The notes under the pieces were generated by a model. It saw only the letters and a program-made list of their open reading frames with translations, was not told the DNA's origin and did no database searches. From Candidatus Eiseniibacteriota bacterium (GTDB taxonomy: Bacteria > Eisenbacteria > RBG-16-71-46), in the NCBI GenBank assembly GCA_031364845.1, contig JANLWX010000007.1, forward strand, positions 1-64,000: a stretch of 64,000 nt of DNA. Reading direction: 5' to 3'. The position numbers were made by a program, and so were the translations under genes. The first letter of the stretch is position 1; every line of letters begins with the position of its first letter. Positions 10,501 to 19,887 of the stretch are shown piece by piece.

Positions 10501-11454
10501 CTACCCGCGGTCCTCGCGCCCGATCCGCGGATCGAGCCAGCGGTAGGCCATGTCCACCAGCAGGTTGGCACTCACGATGAACACCGCAGAGAACAGCACG
10601 GTGCCCATGACCATCGGCAGGTCGCGCTGGCGAATCGCCTTCCACGCGAGGCCGCCGACCCCGGGAATCCCGAATACCGACTCGGTGAGCACGGCACCCC
10701 CCATGAGGTAGGCGATATCGATGCCGAGCAGCGTGACGATCGGCAGCAGCGCGTTACGCATCACGTGGCGTCCGAGCACCGCGGACTCGCTCAAGCCCTT
10801 GGCGCGCGCGGTGCGCACGTAGTCGAGCCGCGAAACGTCGATCACCTGCGAGCGCGTGAAGCGCGCGTACCAGCCGGCATAGAGCAGCGCGAGCGTCGCC
10901 CACGGGAGCACGAGATGGTGCGCCCATGCCACGAGGCCGCCCTCGCCGATCGAAACGTACTCGCCGAGCGGGAACCAGCCGAGGCGATCGGCGAAGATGC
11001 TGAGCAGCACGAGCCCGACCCAGTACACCGGCGCCGAGATGCCGGCCAGCGTGAACACGGTCGCGAGCCGGTCCCAGATCGAACGCGGCCGGACGGCACT
11101 CAGCACGCCGAGCGGAATGCCGACCATGAGCCACAGCACGACTGCGCCGGCGGTCAGCGACAGCGTCGGCGGGAACGCGGTGAGGATGGTCGAGAGCACC
11201 GGCTGCTGGCTGACGTAGGAGAATCCCCAGTCGCCGCGCGCGGCACGGGTCACGAAGCGCAGGTACTGGATTGGTGCGGGCTGGTCGAGGCCGAGCCGCT
11301 TCTCGATCAACGCCACGGTTTCCGGCGAGGCGTACTTGCCGGCGATCAGCTCGGCCGGCTTGCCGGGGACCGCGAAGAAGATCACAAACGTCACCGCGCT
11401 CACGACCAGCAGCACCAGCACGCTCCACCCGAGCCGCCGCGCGAGCCAGGTCAT
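10501..11454 (-). CDS. Peptide/nickel ABC transporter permease (OppB/DppB-like)
   Basis: LGLDQP..IQY, DYVRTARAKGLSE, ESVFGIPGVG motifs; ATGA overlap with the upstream gene. Confidence 0.9.
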   Translation of the reverse strand: MTWLARRLGWSVLVLLVVSAVTFVIFFAVPGKPAELIAGKYASPETVALIEKRLGLDQPAPIQYLRFVTRAARGDWGFSYVSQQPVLSTILTAFPPTLSLTAGAVVLWLMVGIPLGVLSAVRPRSIWDRLATVFTLAGISAPVYWVGLVLLSIFADRLGWFPLGEYVSIGEGGLVAWAHHLVLPWATLALLYAGWYARFTRSQVIDVSRLDYVRTARAKGLSESAVLGRHVMRNALLPIVTLLGIDIAYLMGGAVLTESVFGIPGVGGLAWKAIRQRDLPMVMGTVLFSAVFIVSANLLVDMAYRWLDPRIGREDRG

Positions 11455-12395
11455 GACGGGTCCGCCGAACGCGGGTCGATCGCGCGTTTCAGTCCGTCGC
11501 CGACGAGGTTCAGCGCGAGCACGGTGAGCATGATGGCGAGGCCCGGGAACAGCGTGATCCACCACGCGACATTGAACAGCGGCACGCCCTCCTGAATCAT
11601 GTTGCCCCACGACGGTGTGGGCGGCTGGATGCCGACGCCGAGATACGACAGCGCGCTCTCGAGCAGGATGTTGCCGGCCATCGACAGTGTCGCGAACACG
11701 ATCACCGGGCCCACGAGGTTGGGCATCAGGTGGCGGGCGAGAATCGCGGTATCGGTCGCGCCGAGCGCGCGGGCGGCTTCGATGAAGTCGCGCTCGCGCA
11801 GCGACAGCACTTCGGCGCGCACGATGCGCGCGAGCGAGGTCCAGTTGACGAGCCCCAGGATCAGCACCATCACGACGATGCTGCCGGTCCGCAGCACCGC
11901 CGCGAGCGCGATCGCGAGCAGCAGCACCGGGATCGCCATCATCGCGTCCACGAAGCGCGAGATCACGGTGTCCCATAGTCCGCGGTAGAAGCCGGCCAGC
12001 AGGCCCGCCGTGATGCCGAGCGAGAGCGCGAGCAGTGTGCCGAGTGCTGAGACCACGAGCGAGATCCGGGCGCCGTAGAGCATGCGCGACAGCACATCGC
12101 GACCGACGAGATCGGCGCCGAGCAGGAACGAAGGATTGGGCCCGACCGGGATGCCGAGATCCGACACGACCTCCACGCGCTGCCCGCCGATCGTGATCGT
12201 GTCCATGATGCGTTGATGGAATGCGGACTGGTGGAGTCCGTGGCGCACGATCCACGGCGCCAGCACCGCAACCACGACCAGCAGGCCGAGGATGATCATA
12301 CCCGCGACGGCGGCACGATCGGCGGCAAAGCGCCGCCCGGCGTCGCGCCATGGCGATGCGGGACTGCGCGTCGCGGTCACCGGCTCGGCGCTCAT
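11451..12395 (-). CDS. Peptide/nickel ABC transporter permease (OppC/DppC-like)
   Basis: LGADLVGRDVLSRMLYGARISL, FIEAARALGA, PPTPSWGNM motifs. Confidence 0.9.
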   Translation of the reverse strand: MSAEPVTATRSPASPWRDAGRRFAADRAAVAGMIILGLLVVVAVLAPWIVRHGLHQSAFHQRIMDTITIGGQRVEVVSDLGIPVGPNPSFLLGADLVGRDVLSRMLYGARISLVVSALGTLLALSLGITAGLLAGFYRGLWDTVISRFVDAMMAIPVLLLAIALAAVLRTGSIVVMVLILGLVNWTSLARIVRAEVLSLRERDFIEAARALGATDTAILARHLMPNLVGPVIVFATLSMAGNILLESALSYLGVGIQPPTPSWGNMIQEGVPLFNVAWWITLFPGLAIMLTVLALNLVGDGLKRAIDPRSADPS

Positions 12396-14071
12396 GCCGC
12401 CCCCTTCACGGCCGCCGAGTCCGGCCGCGATCCCGTGCTTCGCGGCTTCAGATACAACGACTCGATCTTGAACAGCCGGGTCACGTGGCGATACCAGCCG
12501 CCGAGGCGCGCGCTGTACAGCCGACTCTCCTGAAGGTGCAGCATCGTCGCGACCGGCGCGAGCTCCATGACGCGCTCATCGATCCGCCGCCACTGGGCAA
12601 AGCGCGCGGAGTCGCCGGTCGTCGACATCGCGCGCACGATCATCGCGTTCACCTCCGGATCGTCGAACACGCTCAGGTTGTTGTTGTTGAGCGGCTGGAT
12701 GCGACTTCCGTTGAGCAGCGGATCGAAGAAGTTCGAAGGATCGAGATAGTCCGCATACCAGCCGTAGAGCCCGAACGGAATCTTCTTGCTGACGTTACCG
12801 GCCATGGTCGTGTAGCCGGCGGCCTCACCCAGATCGAGCGACGCGCGGATGCCGACCTCGGCGAGTTGCTGCTGGACGACCGTCAACAGGCGCGGTCCGG
12901 GCTCGGTGGTCCAGCCGTAGAGGCGCGTGTCGAAACCGTTCGGATAGCCGGCCTCGCGCAGCAGTGCGCGCGCCCGCTCGCGATCGGGCGCGCGATAGCT
13001 CTTGCCCGGCGCATAGCCCGGCATGCTCGGCGGCAGGAACTCGGTCGCGACCAGCGCCTTGCCCGAATACACCTTCAGCAGCGCGCGCCGGTCGATGGCC
13101 CAGTTCACCGCCTGGCGCACGCGGACATCATCGAACGGTTTCACACGCGTATTCATGAACAGGAACTCGGTGTTGATTCCGTCGGAGATCGTGATCTGCC
13201 GCGACCAGTAAGCGTCGCTCCGCAGCCGCACGAACGCGCCGGGGGGGATCTCGAAGAAACCGCCATCGGCCTGGCCGCGCCGGATCTGGGCAATCGCGTT
13301 GATCGGTGAGATGCCGAGCTTGAGCTCGAAGGTGTCGAGCCACGCGGGTGTGCCGGAGTAGTCCGGATTGCGCACCAGCAGCACGCGGCGGCGCGGCACG
13401 AACTCCGCCACTTTGTAGGGGCCGGTCGCGACGGTGTGCTGCGAGAAGTCGTTGGGGTGCCGATCGGCGATCTCACGCGGGATGGCGGCGGTGAACGACA
13501 TCGCGAGCACCGAGAGAAAGATCGGATCGGGCCGTGAGAGCCGGAAGTACAGCGAGTCGCCGCGCGCGATGATGCCCGTGATCACGCTGTCCTTGCCCGC
13601 GAGCACGTCCGGCACTCCGACGATGCTGCGGTAGAAGTTGCACCCCGGCGAGCCGACCCGGTAGAGCCGCTCCATCGCGTACTTGAAGTCGGCGGCGACG
13701 ACGTGCCGCCCGAGCGGCGCCGAGAAGCGCGCGTCTCGTCGCACCTTGAAGCAGTAGAGCGTGCCGCCTTCGCGCAGGTCGGGGAGGCTCTCCGCGAGTT
13801 CCGGTACGAGCTGCGTGCCCGCGGCCCCCGGCGCATCGGCGTATTCGAGCAGCGTGCGGAACACCGCCTCGATGATCGGTGCGGTGTAGGTGCCGTACGA
13901 CAGCGCCGGATCGAGGAAGTCGGGGTCTTCTTCGCGCATGAAGATCGCGTGTCCGCCACGCGTGCGCGGGCCGTCGAAGGCGGGACCGGGGGTGAAGCCG
14001 GGAGGCGGAGGAACCTGGGTGCAGCCTGCGAGCAAGAGGACGAGCGAAGTCAGCCAGAGCCTTCGCATCAT
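12392..14071 (-). CDS. Peptide ABC transporter substrate-binding lipoprotein (OppA/DppA family)
   Basis: Lipobox LLAGC; LDPA, PELAES, TGPY, PFDDVRVRQAVNWAIDR motifs. Confidence 0.9.
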   Translation of the reverse strand: MMRRLWLTSLVLLLAGCTQVPPPPGFTPGPAFDGPRTRGGHAIFMREEDPDFLDPALSYGTYTAPIIEAVFRTLLEYADAPGAAGTQLVPELAESLPDLREGGTLYCFKVRRDARFSAPLGRHVVAADFKYAMERLYRVGSPGCNFYRSIVGVPDVLAGKDSVITGIIARGDSLYFRLSRPDPIFLSVLAMSFTAAIPREIADRHPNDFSQHTVATGPYKVAEFVPRRRVLLVRNPDYSGTPAWLDTFELKLGISPINAIAQIRRGQADGGFFEIPPGAFVRLRSDAYWSRQITISDGINTEFLFMNTRVKPFDDVRVRQAVNWAIDRRALLKVYSGKALVATEFLPPSMPGYAPGKSYRAPDRERARALLREAGYPNGFDTRLYGWTTEPGPRLLTVVQQQLAEVGIRASLDLGEAAGYTTMAGNVSKKIPFGLYGWYADYLDPSNFFDPLLNGSRIQPLNNNNLSVFDDPEVNAMIVRAMSTTGDSARFAQWRRIDERVMELAPVATMLHLQESRLYSARLGGWYRHVTRLFKIESLYLKPRSTGSRPDSAAVKGAA

Positions 14072-14619
14072 CGCGCGCCTTTCCGGGCGGCACGAATCGC
14101 AGCACGGAACTCCTCGAACTTGTCCAGCGCCCCCTCGCGATCACTCCATCGTCGGATTCGTTCCATCACGACGCGATTGCGCATGGCGATTTGGACCGCG
14201 GCCGTGAGGCTCTGGCGGTCGTTCCAGTGAAAGAAAGCGGCGAGGCGGTCTCTGCAAGAGTCCGTCGGAGAAAGCATGCGGACGATGCGCCGTCCGGAAC
14301 GCATGAGCATCGGTCGGATGACGACATCTTCCCCGATCGCGAGCGGTCCACGCGGAAACTCGACGAAGTAGGGGTGATCCTGATGGACGTATCGATCGCG
14401 GTGCCGCTTGAAGCCAAGTTGGCCCATCGTTTCGTCCAGCTGGGCGCGCGTCACATCACCAGCGAGGACGAAATCCAGATCGATCGAGTGATGCGCGCCG
14501 CGGGAATGAAATGTCGCGCATGCGCCACCGGTGAGCACGGCATTGATTCCAGCTCGGCGAAGCGCGTCACCGACTTCGATCCCCACCGAACGCAAGGTCC
14601 GTTCGCGCTTGCCGCTCAC
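14068..14619 (-). CDS. Putative nucleotidyltransferase (AbiEii/DUF6036-like; candidate toxin)
   Basis: VLTGGAC...SIDLDFV (GG plus DxD, pol-beta NTase signature). Coupled by 4-nt overlaps to the upstream HTH gene and the downstream oppA-like gene. Confidence 0.6.
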   Translation of the reverse strand: MSGKRERTLRSVGIEVGDALRRAGINAVLTGGACATFHSRGAHHSIDLDFVLAGDVTRAQLDETMGQLGFKRHRDRYVHQDHPYFVEFPRGPLAIGEDVVIRPMLMRSGRRIVRMLSPTDSCRDRLAAFFHWNDRQSLTAAVQIAMRNRVVMERIRRWSDREGALDKFEEFRAAIRAARKGAR

Positions 14620-14963
14620 ATCGGCTTCCCGGTTTGGCGCGGTCTACGCCGCAGGGTCGAGGCGCGTTCCCGCAATTGAGCGTCCGCTTCCATCAACCGT
14701 GACAGATAACGGCGCAATTCGGCGAGCGCAAAGTACCGGGGATCGATTTGAAAGATTCGATTGCGGCCGATCGTCCGCCCCGCGACGAGCCCGTCCCGCT
14801 CGAGTCCCCGAAGCGCACCCTGGACCGCACCCAGGCGCACGCCGAGCAGGCGCGACAACTCCCTCGGGTAGCTCTCTCCGAGAAGGTGCAACATGAGGAG
14901 CGCACGTGTCCGTGTCGCGCTGCCGAACGGGCTCGAAGTCACGGTGACCATAATAGTGGTCAT
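14616..14963 (-). CDS. Winged-helix DNA-binding protein (ArsR/MarR-like; candidate antitoxin/autoregulator)
   Basis: FGSATRTRALLML...YPRELSRLL...VQGALRGLERDGLV..R..GRNRIF. True start may be ATG 14951 or GTG 14942. Confidence 0.7.
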   Translation of the reverse strand: MTTIMVTVTSSPFGSATRTRALLMLHLLGESYPRELSRLLGVRLGAVQGALRGLERDGLVAGRTIGRNRIFQIDPRYFALAELRRYLSRLMEADAQLRERASTLRRRPRQTGKPM

Positions 14964-14983
14964 TTGACCACTTTATGTGGTCG
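14945..14983. promoter_or_regulatory. Two tandem inverted-repeat operator sites
   Basis: TGACCA-N6-TGGTCA (14945-14962) and TGACCA-N7-TGGTCG (14965-14983) with AT-rich spacers, lying over the wHTH start. Confidence 0.6.
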
Positions 14984-15052
14984 GCCGCAATGGTGGATTT
15001 GCTGGAGTCCGCCGGGATCAAGAAGTCGTGCGAACGCCGCCTGACCACCGCC

Positions 15053-16492
15053 TCACAGCGTCTTCAGCGCCTCGATGATCTTGGCGACCGCGCCCTTCGC
15101 GTCGCCGAACAGCATGAGTGTCCGGGGCTCGTAGTAGAGCGGATTGTCGATGCCCGCGAAGCCGGGATTCATGCTGCGCTTGATGATGATGCAGTGCTGC
15201 GCCTTGTCGGCGTCGAGGATCGGCATGCCGTAGATCGGGCTCGCCGTGTCGGTGCGGGCGGCGGGGTTCACGACGTCGTTGGCGCCGATCACGAGCGCCA
15301 CGTCGGTCTGCGGGAAGTCGGAGTTGATCTGTTCGAGGTCGAACAGTTGCGTGTAAGGCACGTTGGCTTCGGCGAGCAGCACGTTCATGTGGCCCGGCAT
15401 GCGGCCCGCGACCGGATGGATCGCGTACTTCACGTCGACGCCCTTCGCCGCGAGCATCTCGGCGAACTCGCGCACGGTGTGCTGCGCCTGCGCCACGGCC
15501 ATGCCGTAGCCGGGGATGATGATCAGCGAGCGGATGTTGGTGAACAGCACCGCCGCATCCTCGGCGCCGATCTCGCGCACCGGGCGCGTCGCGGTCTTCG
15601 CAGCCCCGGGCACTCCGGGCGCAGGCCCCGCGCCGAAGCCGCCGAACAGCACGTTGCCGAGCGAGCGGTTCATCGCCTTGCACATGAGGCGCGTGAGCAG
15701 CGTGCCCGAAGCGCCGACCAGTGTGCCCGCGATGATGAGGGCACGGTTGTCGAGCGAGAATCCGGTTGCCGCCGCCGCAAGTCCGGTGCACGAGTTGAGC
15801 AGCGAGATCACGACCGGCATGTCCGCGCCGCCGATCGGGATCACCATGAACACGCCGAATGCGAGCGAGGCGGCGAGGAACGTGACGAGCGCGCCGCCGC
15901 CGCCGGTCGTCATCGCGATGCCACCCGAGACGAGGATCGCGATCACGAGCGCGATGTTGACCGCGCGGGTCCACGCTCCGACGATCGCCTTCTCCGAGAT
16001 CACGCCCTGCAGCTTGCCCCACGCGATCACGCTGCCGCTGAACGACACCGATCCGATCAGCACGCCGAGCAGTTCGACGACCGAAGCGCCGCTGCGCACG
16101 CCCTGGCCCGCGCTCATGCCGAGCGCTTCGATCAACGCGGTGACCGAGTCGGGGTGCGACGCGTGCCAGATCTCGGCGCACGAGACGAGTGCCGCGGCAC
16201 CACCGCCGAGTCCATTCAGGATCGCGACCATTTGCGGCATGTCGGTCATCGGCACACCGCGCGCGGCCACCACGCCGGCGATGGTCCCGAGCGCGAGGGC
16301 CGCGATGAGCGCGGGCGAGATGCGCACACCGGGAACCAGCAGCGTGGCGATCACGGCGAGCAGCATGCCGGCGGCGGCGGTCATGTTGCCGCGGCGCGCG
16401 CTCGCGGGCGAGCTCAGGAACTTGAGCCCGACGATGAACATGACCGAGGCAACGAGGTAGGCGAGGTGGATCGCGGCCGGCAGCTCGTACAC
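15053..16492 (-). CDS. pntB: NAD(P) transhydrogenase subunit beta
   Basis: MTDMPQMVA, IGGADMPVVISLLNS, PGYGMAVAQAQH, IHPVAGRMPGHMNVLLAEA. Confidence 0.97.
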   Translation of the reverse strand: MYELPAAIHLAYLVASVMFIVGLKFLSSPASARRGNMTAAAGMLLAVIATLLVPGVRISPALIAALALGTIAGVVAARGVPMTDMPQMVAILNGLGGGAAALVSCAEIWHASHPDSVTALIEALGMSAGQGVRSGASVVELLGVLIGSVSFSGSVIAWGKLQGVISEKAIVGAWTRAVNIALVIAILVSGGIAMTTGGGGALVTFLAASLAFGVFMVIPIGGADMPVVISLLNSCTGLAAAATGFSLDNRALIIAGTLVGASGTLLTRLMCKAMNRSLGNVLFGGFGAGPAPGVPGAAKTATRPVREIGAEDAAVLFTNIRSLIIIPGYGMAVAQAQHTVREFAEMLAAKGVDVKYAIHPVAGRMPGHMNVLLAEANVPYTQLFDLEQINSDFPQTDVALVIGANDVVNPAARTDTASPIYGMPILDADKAQHCIIIKRSMNPGFAGIDNPLYYEPRTLMLFGDAKGAVAKIIEALKTL

Positions 16493-16792
16493 TTACTTAC
16501 CGCCCGGTTTCGGTTTGTTGCGGAACATCTCGAGCATGCGGTCGGTGACCACGAACCCGCCCGCGAGATTCGCGGCGCCGAACACGACCGCGACGAAGCC
16601 CAGCACCTGCTCCAGCATTCCGTGGGTGGTGCCCATCACGAGAATGCCGCCGATCACGATGATGCCGTGGATCGCGTTGGTGCCCGACATGAGTGGCGTG
16701 TGGAGCACGACCGGTACCTTGGACACGACCTCGAATCCGACGAACACCGCGAGCACGAACACGTAGGCCTGGGTCAGGAATTCGGGATTCAT
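16493..16792 (-). CDS. pntAb: NAD(P) transhydrogenase subunit alpha, membrane part (PntAb)
   Basis: LHTPLMSGTNAIHG, GGFVVTDRMLEMF. Confidence 0.93.
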   Translation of the reverse strand: MNPEFLTQAYVFVLAVFVGFEVVSKVPVVLHTPLMSGTNAIHGIIVIGGILVMGTTHGMLEQVLGFVAVVFGAANLAGGFVVTDRMLEMFRNKPKPGGK

Positions 16793-16838
16793 GCGGCCTT
16801 TCGCGGCGCGCGATCGCGCGCGGTGGGCGTGCCGCGGA

Positions 16839-18026
16839 TCATGCCGGCACCTGAGCGGGTGTATCGGCAGACGGCACGGGAGTGGGCGCCGGCGCTGGCG
16901 TACCGCCGAGACGTCCGTCATGGGAAGCACACGTCGCCGCGAGGATGTCGTCTTCGAAGTTCAGATTCAGCGCGCCGTCCTTCACCATCAACTGAACGAA
17001 CGCAAGCAGATTGCGCGCGTACATCTGGCTCGCGTGCACCGGCACCGCGGCCGCCAGGTTCATCGGCCCCAGGATCGTCACGCCATGCGCCGTCATGTCG
17101 GTTCCCGGCCGCGTGAGCTCGCAGTTGCCCCCGGTTTCTGCGGCGAGGTCGACGATCACCGAGCCCTGCTTCATGTCGCGCACCATCGCTTCGGTGATCA
17201 GCACCGGCGCCTTGCGGCCCGGGATGTTCGCAGTGGTGACGATCACATCGGAGCCCGCGACGTGTTTGTGGATCAGTGCCCGCTCGCGCTCTTCCTGCTC
17301 ATGCGTGAGCGCCTTCGCATAGCCGCCGGCATCCGCATGGCTCGCGTCGGTGAGATCCGCGGCCGCGACGAACGTGGCGCCGAGGCTCTGCACCTCCTCG
17401 CGCGCCGCAGGCCGCACGTCGAATGCCTCGACCACCGCACCAAGTCGCCGCGCGGTCGCGATCACCTGGAGGCCCGCGACACCCGCGCCGAGCACGAACA
17501 CGCGCGCGGGCGCGATCGTTCCGGCGGCGGTCATCAGCAGCGGGAAGATCCGTCCGAGCGCATTCGCCGCGAGCAGCGCCGCCTTGTAGCCGGCGATCGT
17601 GCTCATCGACGACAGCGCGTCCATCCGCTGCGCTCGAGTCGTGCGCGGAATGCGCTCCATCGCAAACGCGGTGACACCGCGCGCAACGAGCCGGTCGAGC
17701 AGATCGGGATTCGTGTGCAGATTGAGGAAGCTGACCAGCACCGAGCCCGCCTGCAGCAGGTCGGCTTCGTGCCGTCCGGATTCCAGCAGCCGGGGCTCGC
17801 GCACGCGCAGCACGATCTGCGAAGTGGCACACAGCGCCGCTGCGTCGGGAACGATCGTGGCGCCAGCCTGGACATACGCGGCGTCGCGATGTCCGGCACG
17901 TTCGCCCGCACCGGTCTCGACCTGCACCGCCGCACCGCCTGCGATCAGGCGGGCAACGGTTTCGGGCACCTGGGCGACGCGCAGTTCGCCGGGCAACGTC
18001 TCGCGGGGGATACCGATCGTGAGCAT
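16839..18026 (-). CDS. pntAa: NAD(P) transhydrogenase subunit alpha, soluble domain I (PntAa)
   Basis: IPRTTRAQRMDALSS, AGYKA, GAGVAGLQ, DLAAETGGNCE. Confidence 0.95.
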   Translation of the reverse strand: MLTIGIPRETLPGELRVAQVPETVARLIAGGAAVQVETGAGERAGHRDAAYVQAGATIVPDAAALCATSQIVLRVREPRLLESGRHEADLLQAGSVLVSFLNLHTNPDLLDRLVARGVTAFAMERIPRTTRAQRMDALSSMSTIAGYKAALLAANALGRIFPLLMTAAGTIAPARVFVLGAGVAGLQVIATARRLGAVVEAFDVRPAAREEVQSLGATFVAAADLTDASHADAGGYAKALTHEQEERERALIHKHVAGSDVIVTTANIPGRKAPVLITEAMVRDMKQGSVIVDLAAETGGNCELTRPGTDMTAHGVTILGPMNLAAAVPVHASQMYARNLLAFVQLMVKDGALNLNFEDDILAATCASHDGRLGGTPAPAPTPVPSADTPAQVPA

Positions 18027-18116
18027 GAGTTTCTGGATTCAACCACCGTGCGCGAAGCGGCGCAAACCGGCGAAGCTCGCGCACGCCGATCGCGACGGTG
18101 GTCGTTCGAAACCCCT

Positions 18117-18147
18117 TTGACCTCGGACTCGGGCCCGATGCTAATTT
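18117..18147 (+). promoter_or_regulatory. Putative sigma70-type promoter for the TPR gene
   Basis: TTGACC followed 17-19 nt later by (TG)CTAATTT; GGAGG RBS before ATG 18190. Confidence 0.35.
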
Positions 18148-18189
18148 GGGTTCGATCTCCCGGCACGGACGACTTCTGGAGGTGCACAG

Positions 18190-19833
18190 ATGAGGCGACG
18201 AATTCTGGCTTCGCTCGTGGCGCTTTCGATCTCGGGCGCGATCTCGAGTCCCACTTCCGCCGCCCAGCGCCCGGCGCCGCGCTTCCAAGGACTCGGCAAC
18301 CATCGCCATCCCGTGACCACGCGCTCCAAGGCCGCGCAACAGTTCTTCGATCAAGGTTTCGCCCTGGCGTTCGCGTTCAATCACGCCGAAGCAGGCCGCT
18401 CGTTCGCCGAGGCCGCGCGGCTCGATCCGCAGTGCGCGATGGCGTGGTGGGGGACCGCACTCGTGCTCGGTCCCAACATCAATGCCGCGATGGACACGTC
18501 GGTCGCGCGCGAAGCATACGGCGCGGCGCAGAAGGCGCTCGCGCTCGCTGGCAAGGCGACGCCGCAGGAGCGCGCCTACATCGAGGCGCTCGCGAAGCGC
18601 TACGGACCGGAACCCGCCGCCGACCGCAAAGCGCTGGATGAAGCCTACGCCGCCGCGATGACCGAAGTCGCCGCGCGTTTCCCGGACGACGATGACGCCG
18701 CGGTGCTGGCCGCCGAAGCACAGATGGACCTGCACCCGTGGAACTACTGGACCAAGGCCGGCGAGCCGCAGCCGTGGACGCCGCCGATCGTGTCGGCGAT
18801 CGAGAAGGTGTTGAAGCGCTCACCCGATCACGTGGGCGCAATTCACCTCTACATCCATGCGGTCGAGGCATCGACCGAGCCCGGACGGGCAGAGCCTTAC
18901 GCCAACCGGCTGCCCAGGTTGATGCCCGGCGCCGGGCACATCGTGCACATGCCGTCGCACATCTATATCCGCACCGGGCGCTACCACGACTCGGCGCTCG
19001 CGAACCTCGCCGCGCGCAAGGTCGATGAGGCGTACGTGAGTCAGTGCCACGCGCAGGGCATCTATCCGCTCGGGTATGTGCCGCACAACCACCACTTCCT
19101 GTGGGCGTCGGCGGCCATGGAAGGCTGGAGTGCCATGGCGTTCGAAGCCGCGGGCTCGACCGATCGCAAGACCGCACATCACCTGATGCGAGATCCCGGC
19201 ATGGGCACGCTCCAGCACTACGCGCTGACACCGCTCTATGCGCGCGTGCGATTCGGCAAGTGGGACGAGATTCTCGCCACGCCGGCTCCCGAGGCCGATC
19301 TGCTGTATCCGACCGGCATCTGGCACTACGCGCGCGGGCGCGCGCTCGTCGCCACAGGCAAGCTCGACGAAGCGCAGCGTTCGCTCGCGGCACTCGAGGC
19401 GATCGCCGCGCGCGACACGCTGGACAAGATCACGATCTGGGAGATCAACACGACCAAAGGATTGCTTGGTGTGGCGGTCGAGGTGCTGGCGGGCGAGCTG
19501 GCGGCGGCGCGCGGCGACTACGCGGCCGCGATCCCGCGGCTCGAAGAGGCGGTCCGCCGCGAGGACGCGCTCAACTACAACGAACCCGCCGACTGGTATT
19601 ACCCGGTGCGCCACTCGCTGGGCGCGGTGTTGCTCTCGGCGGGCCGTGCCGCCGCCGCCGAAGCGGTCTACCAGCAGGATCTGAAGTACAACCCCGAGAA
19701 CGGCTGGAGTTTGTTCGGACTCATGAAGAGTCTGGAGGCGCAAAGGAAGGTCGATGACGCCACGGTGGTGAAGGCGCGATTCGAAAAGGCGTGGAAGAAC
19801 GCGGACGTGGTGCTGACGGCATCGAGGTTTTGA
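18190..19833 (+). CDS. Secreted tetratricopeptide-repeat protein
   Basis: Signal peptide; AQQFFDQG...AFNH.EA.RSF, GPNIN, HLYIH, GHIVHMPSHIY and helical TPR-like repeats. Confidence 0.75.
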   Translation: MRRRILASLVALSISGAISSPTSAAQRPAPRFQGLGNHRHPVTTRSKAAQQFFDQGFALAFAFNHAEAGRSFAEAARLDPQCAMAWWGTALVLGPNINAAMDTSVAREAYGAAQKALALAGKATPQERAYIEALAKRYGPEPAADRKALDEAYAAAMTEVAARFPDDDDAAVLAAEAQMDLHPWNYWTKAGEPQPWTPPIVSAIEKVLKRSPDHVGAIHLYIHAVEASTEPGRAEPYANRLPRLMPGAGHIVHMPSHIYIRTGRYHDSALANLAARKVDEAYVSQCHAQGIYPLGYVPHNHHFLWASAAMEGWSAMAFEAAGSTDRKTAHHLMRDPGMGTLQHYALTPLYARVRFGKWDEILATPAPEADLLYPTGIWHYARGRALVATGKLDEAQRSLAALEAIAARDTLDKITIWEINTTKGLLGVAVEVLAGELAAARGDYAAAIPRLEEAVRREDALNYNEPADWYYPVRHSLGAVLLSAGRAAAAEAVYQQDLKYNPENGWSLFGLMKSLEAQRKVDDATVVKARFEKAWKNADVVLTASRF

Positions 19834-19843
19834 GGCACGCATT

Positions 19844-19865
19844 CAACTGTCTTCGGGGACAGTTG
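19844..19865. terminator. Hairpin between convergent genes (likely bidirectional terminator)
   Basis: CAACTGTC-TTCGGG-GACAGTTG; no strong U tract. Confidence 0.5.
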
Positions 19866-19887
19866 GAGGTCGACGACCGCACGGCGC

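Noticed and set aside
15053..18026. Split transhydrogenase alpha subunit as a novelty
   Set aside because: The three-gene pntAa/pntAb/pntB arrangement is well known, for example in Rhodospirillum rubrum.
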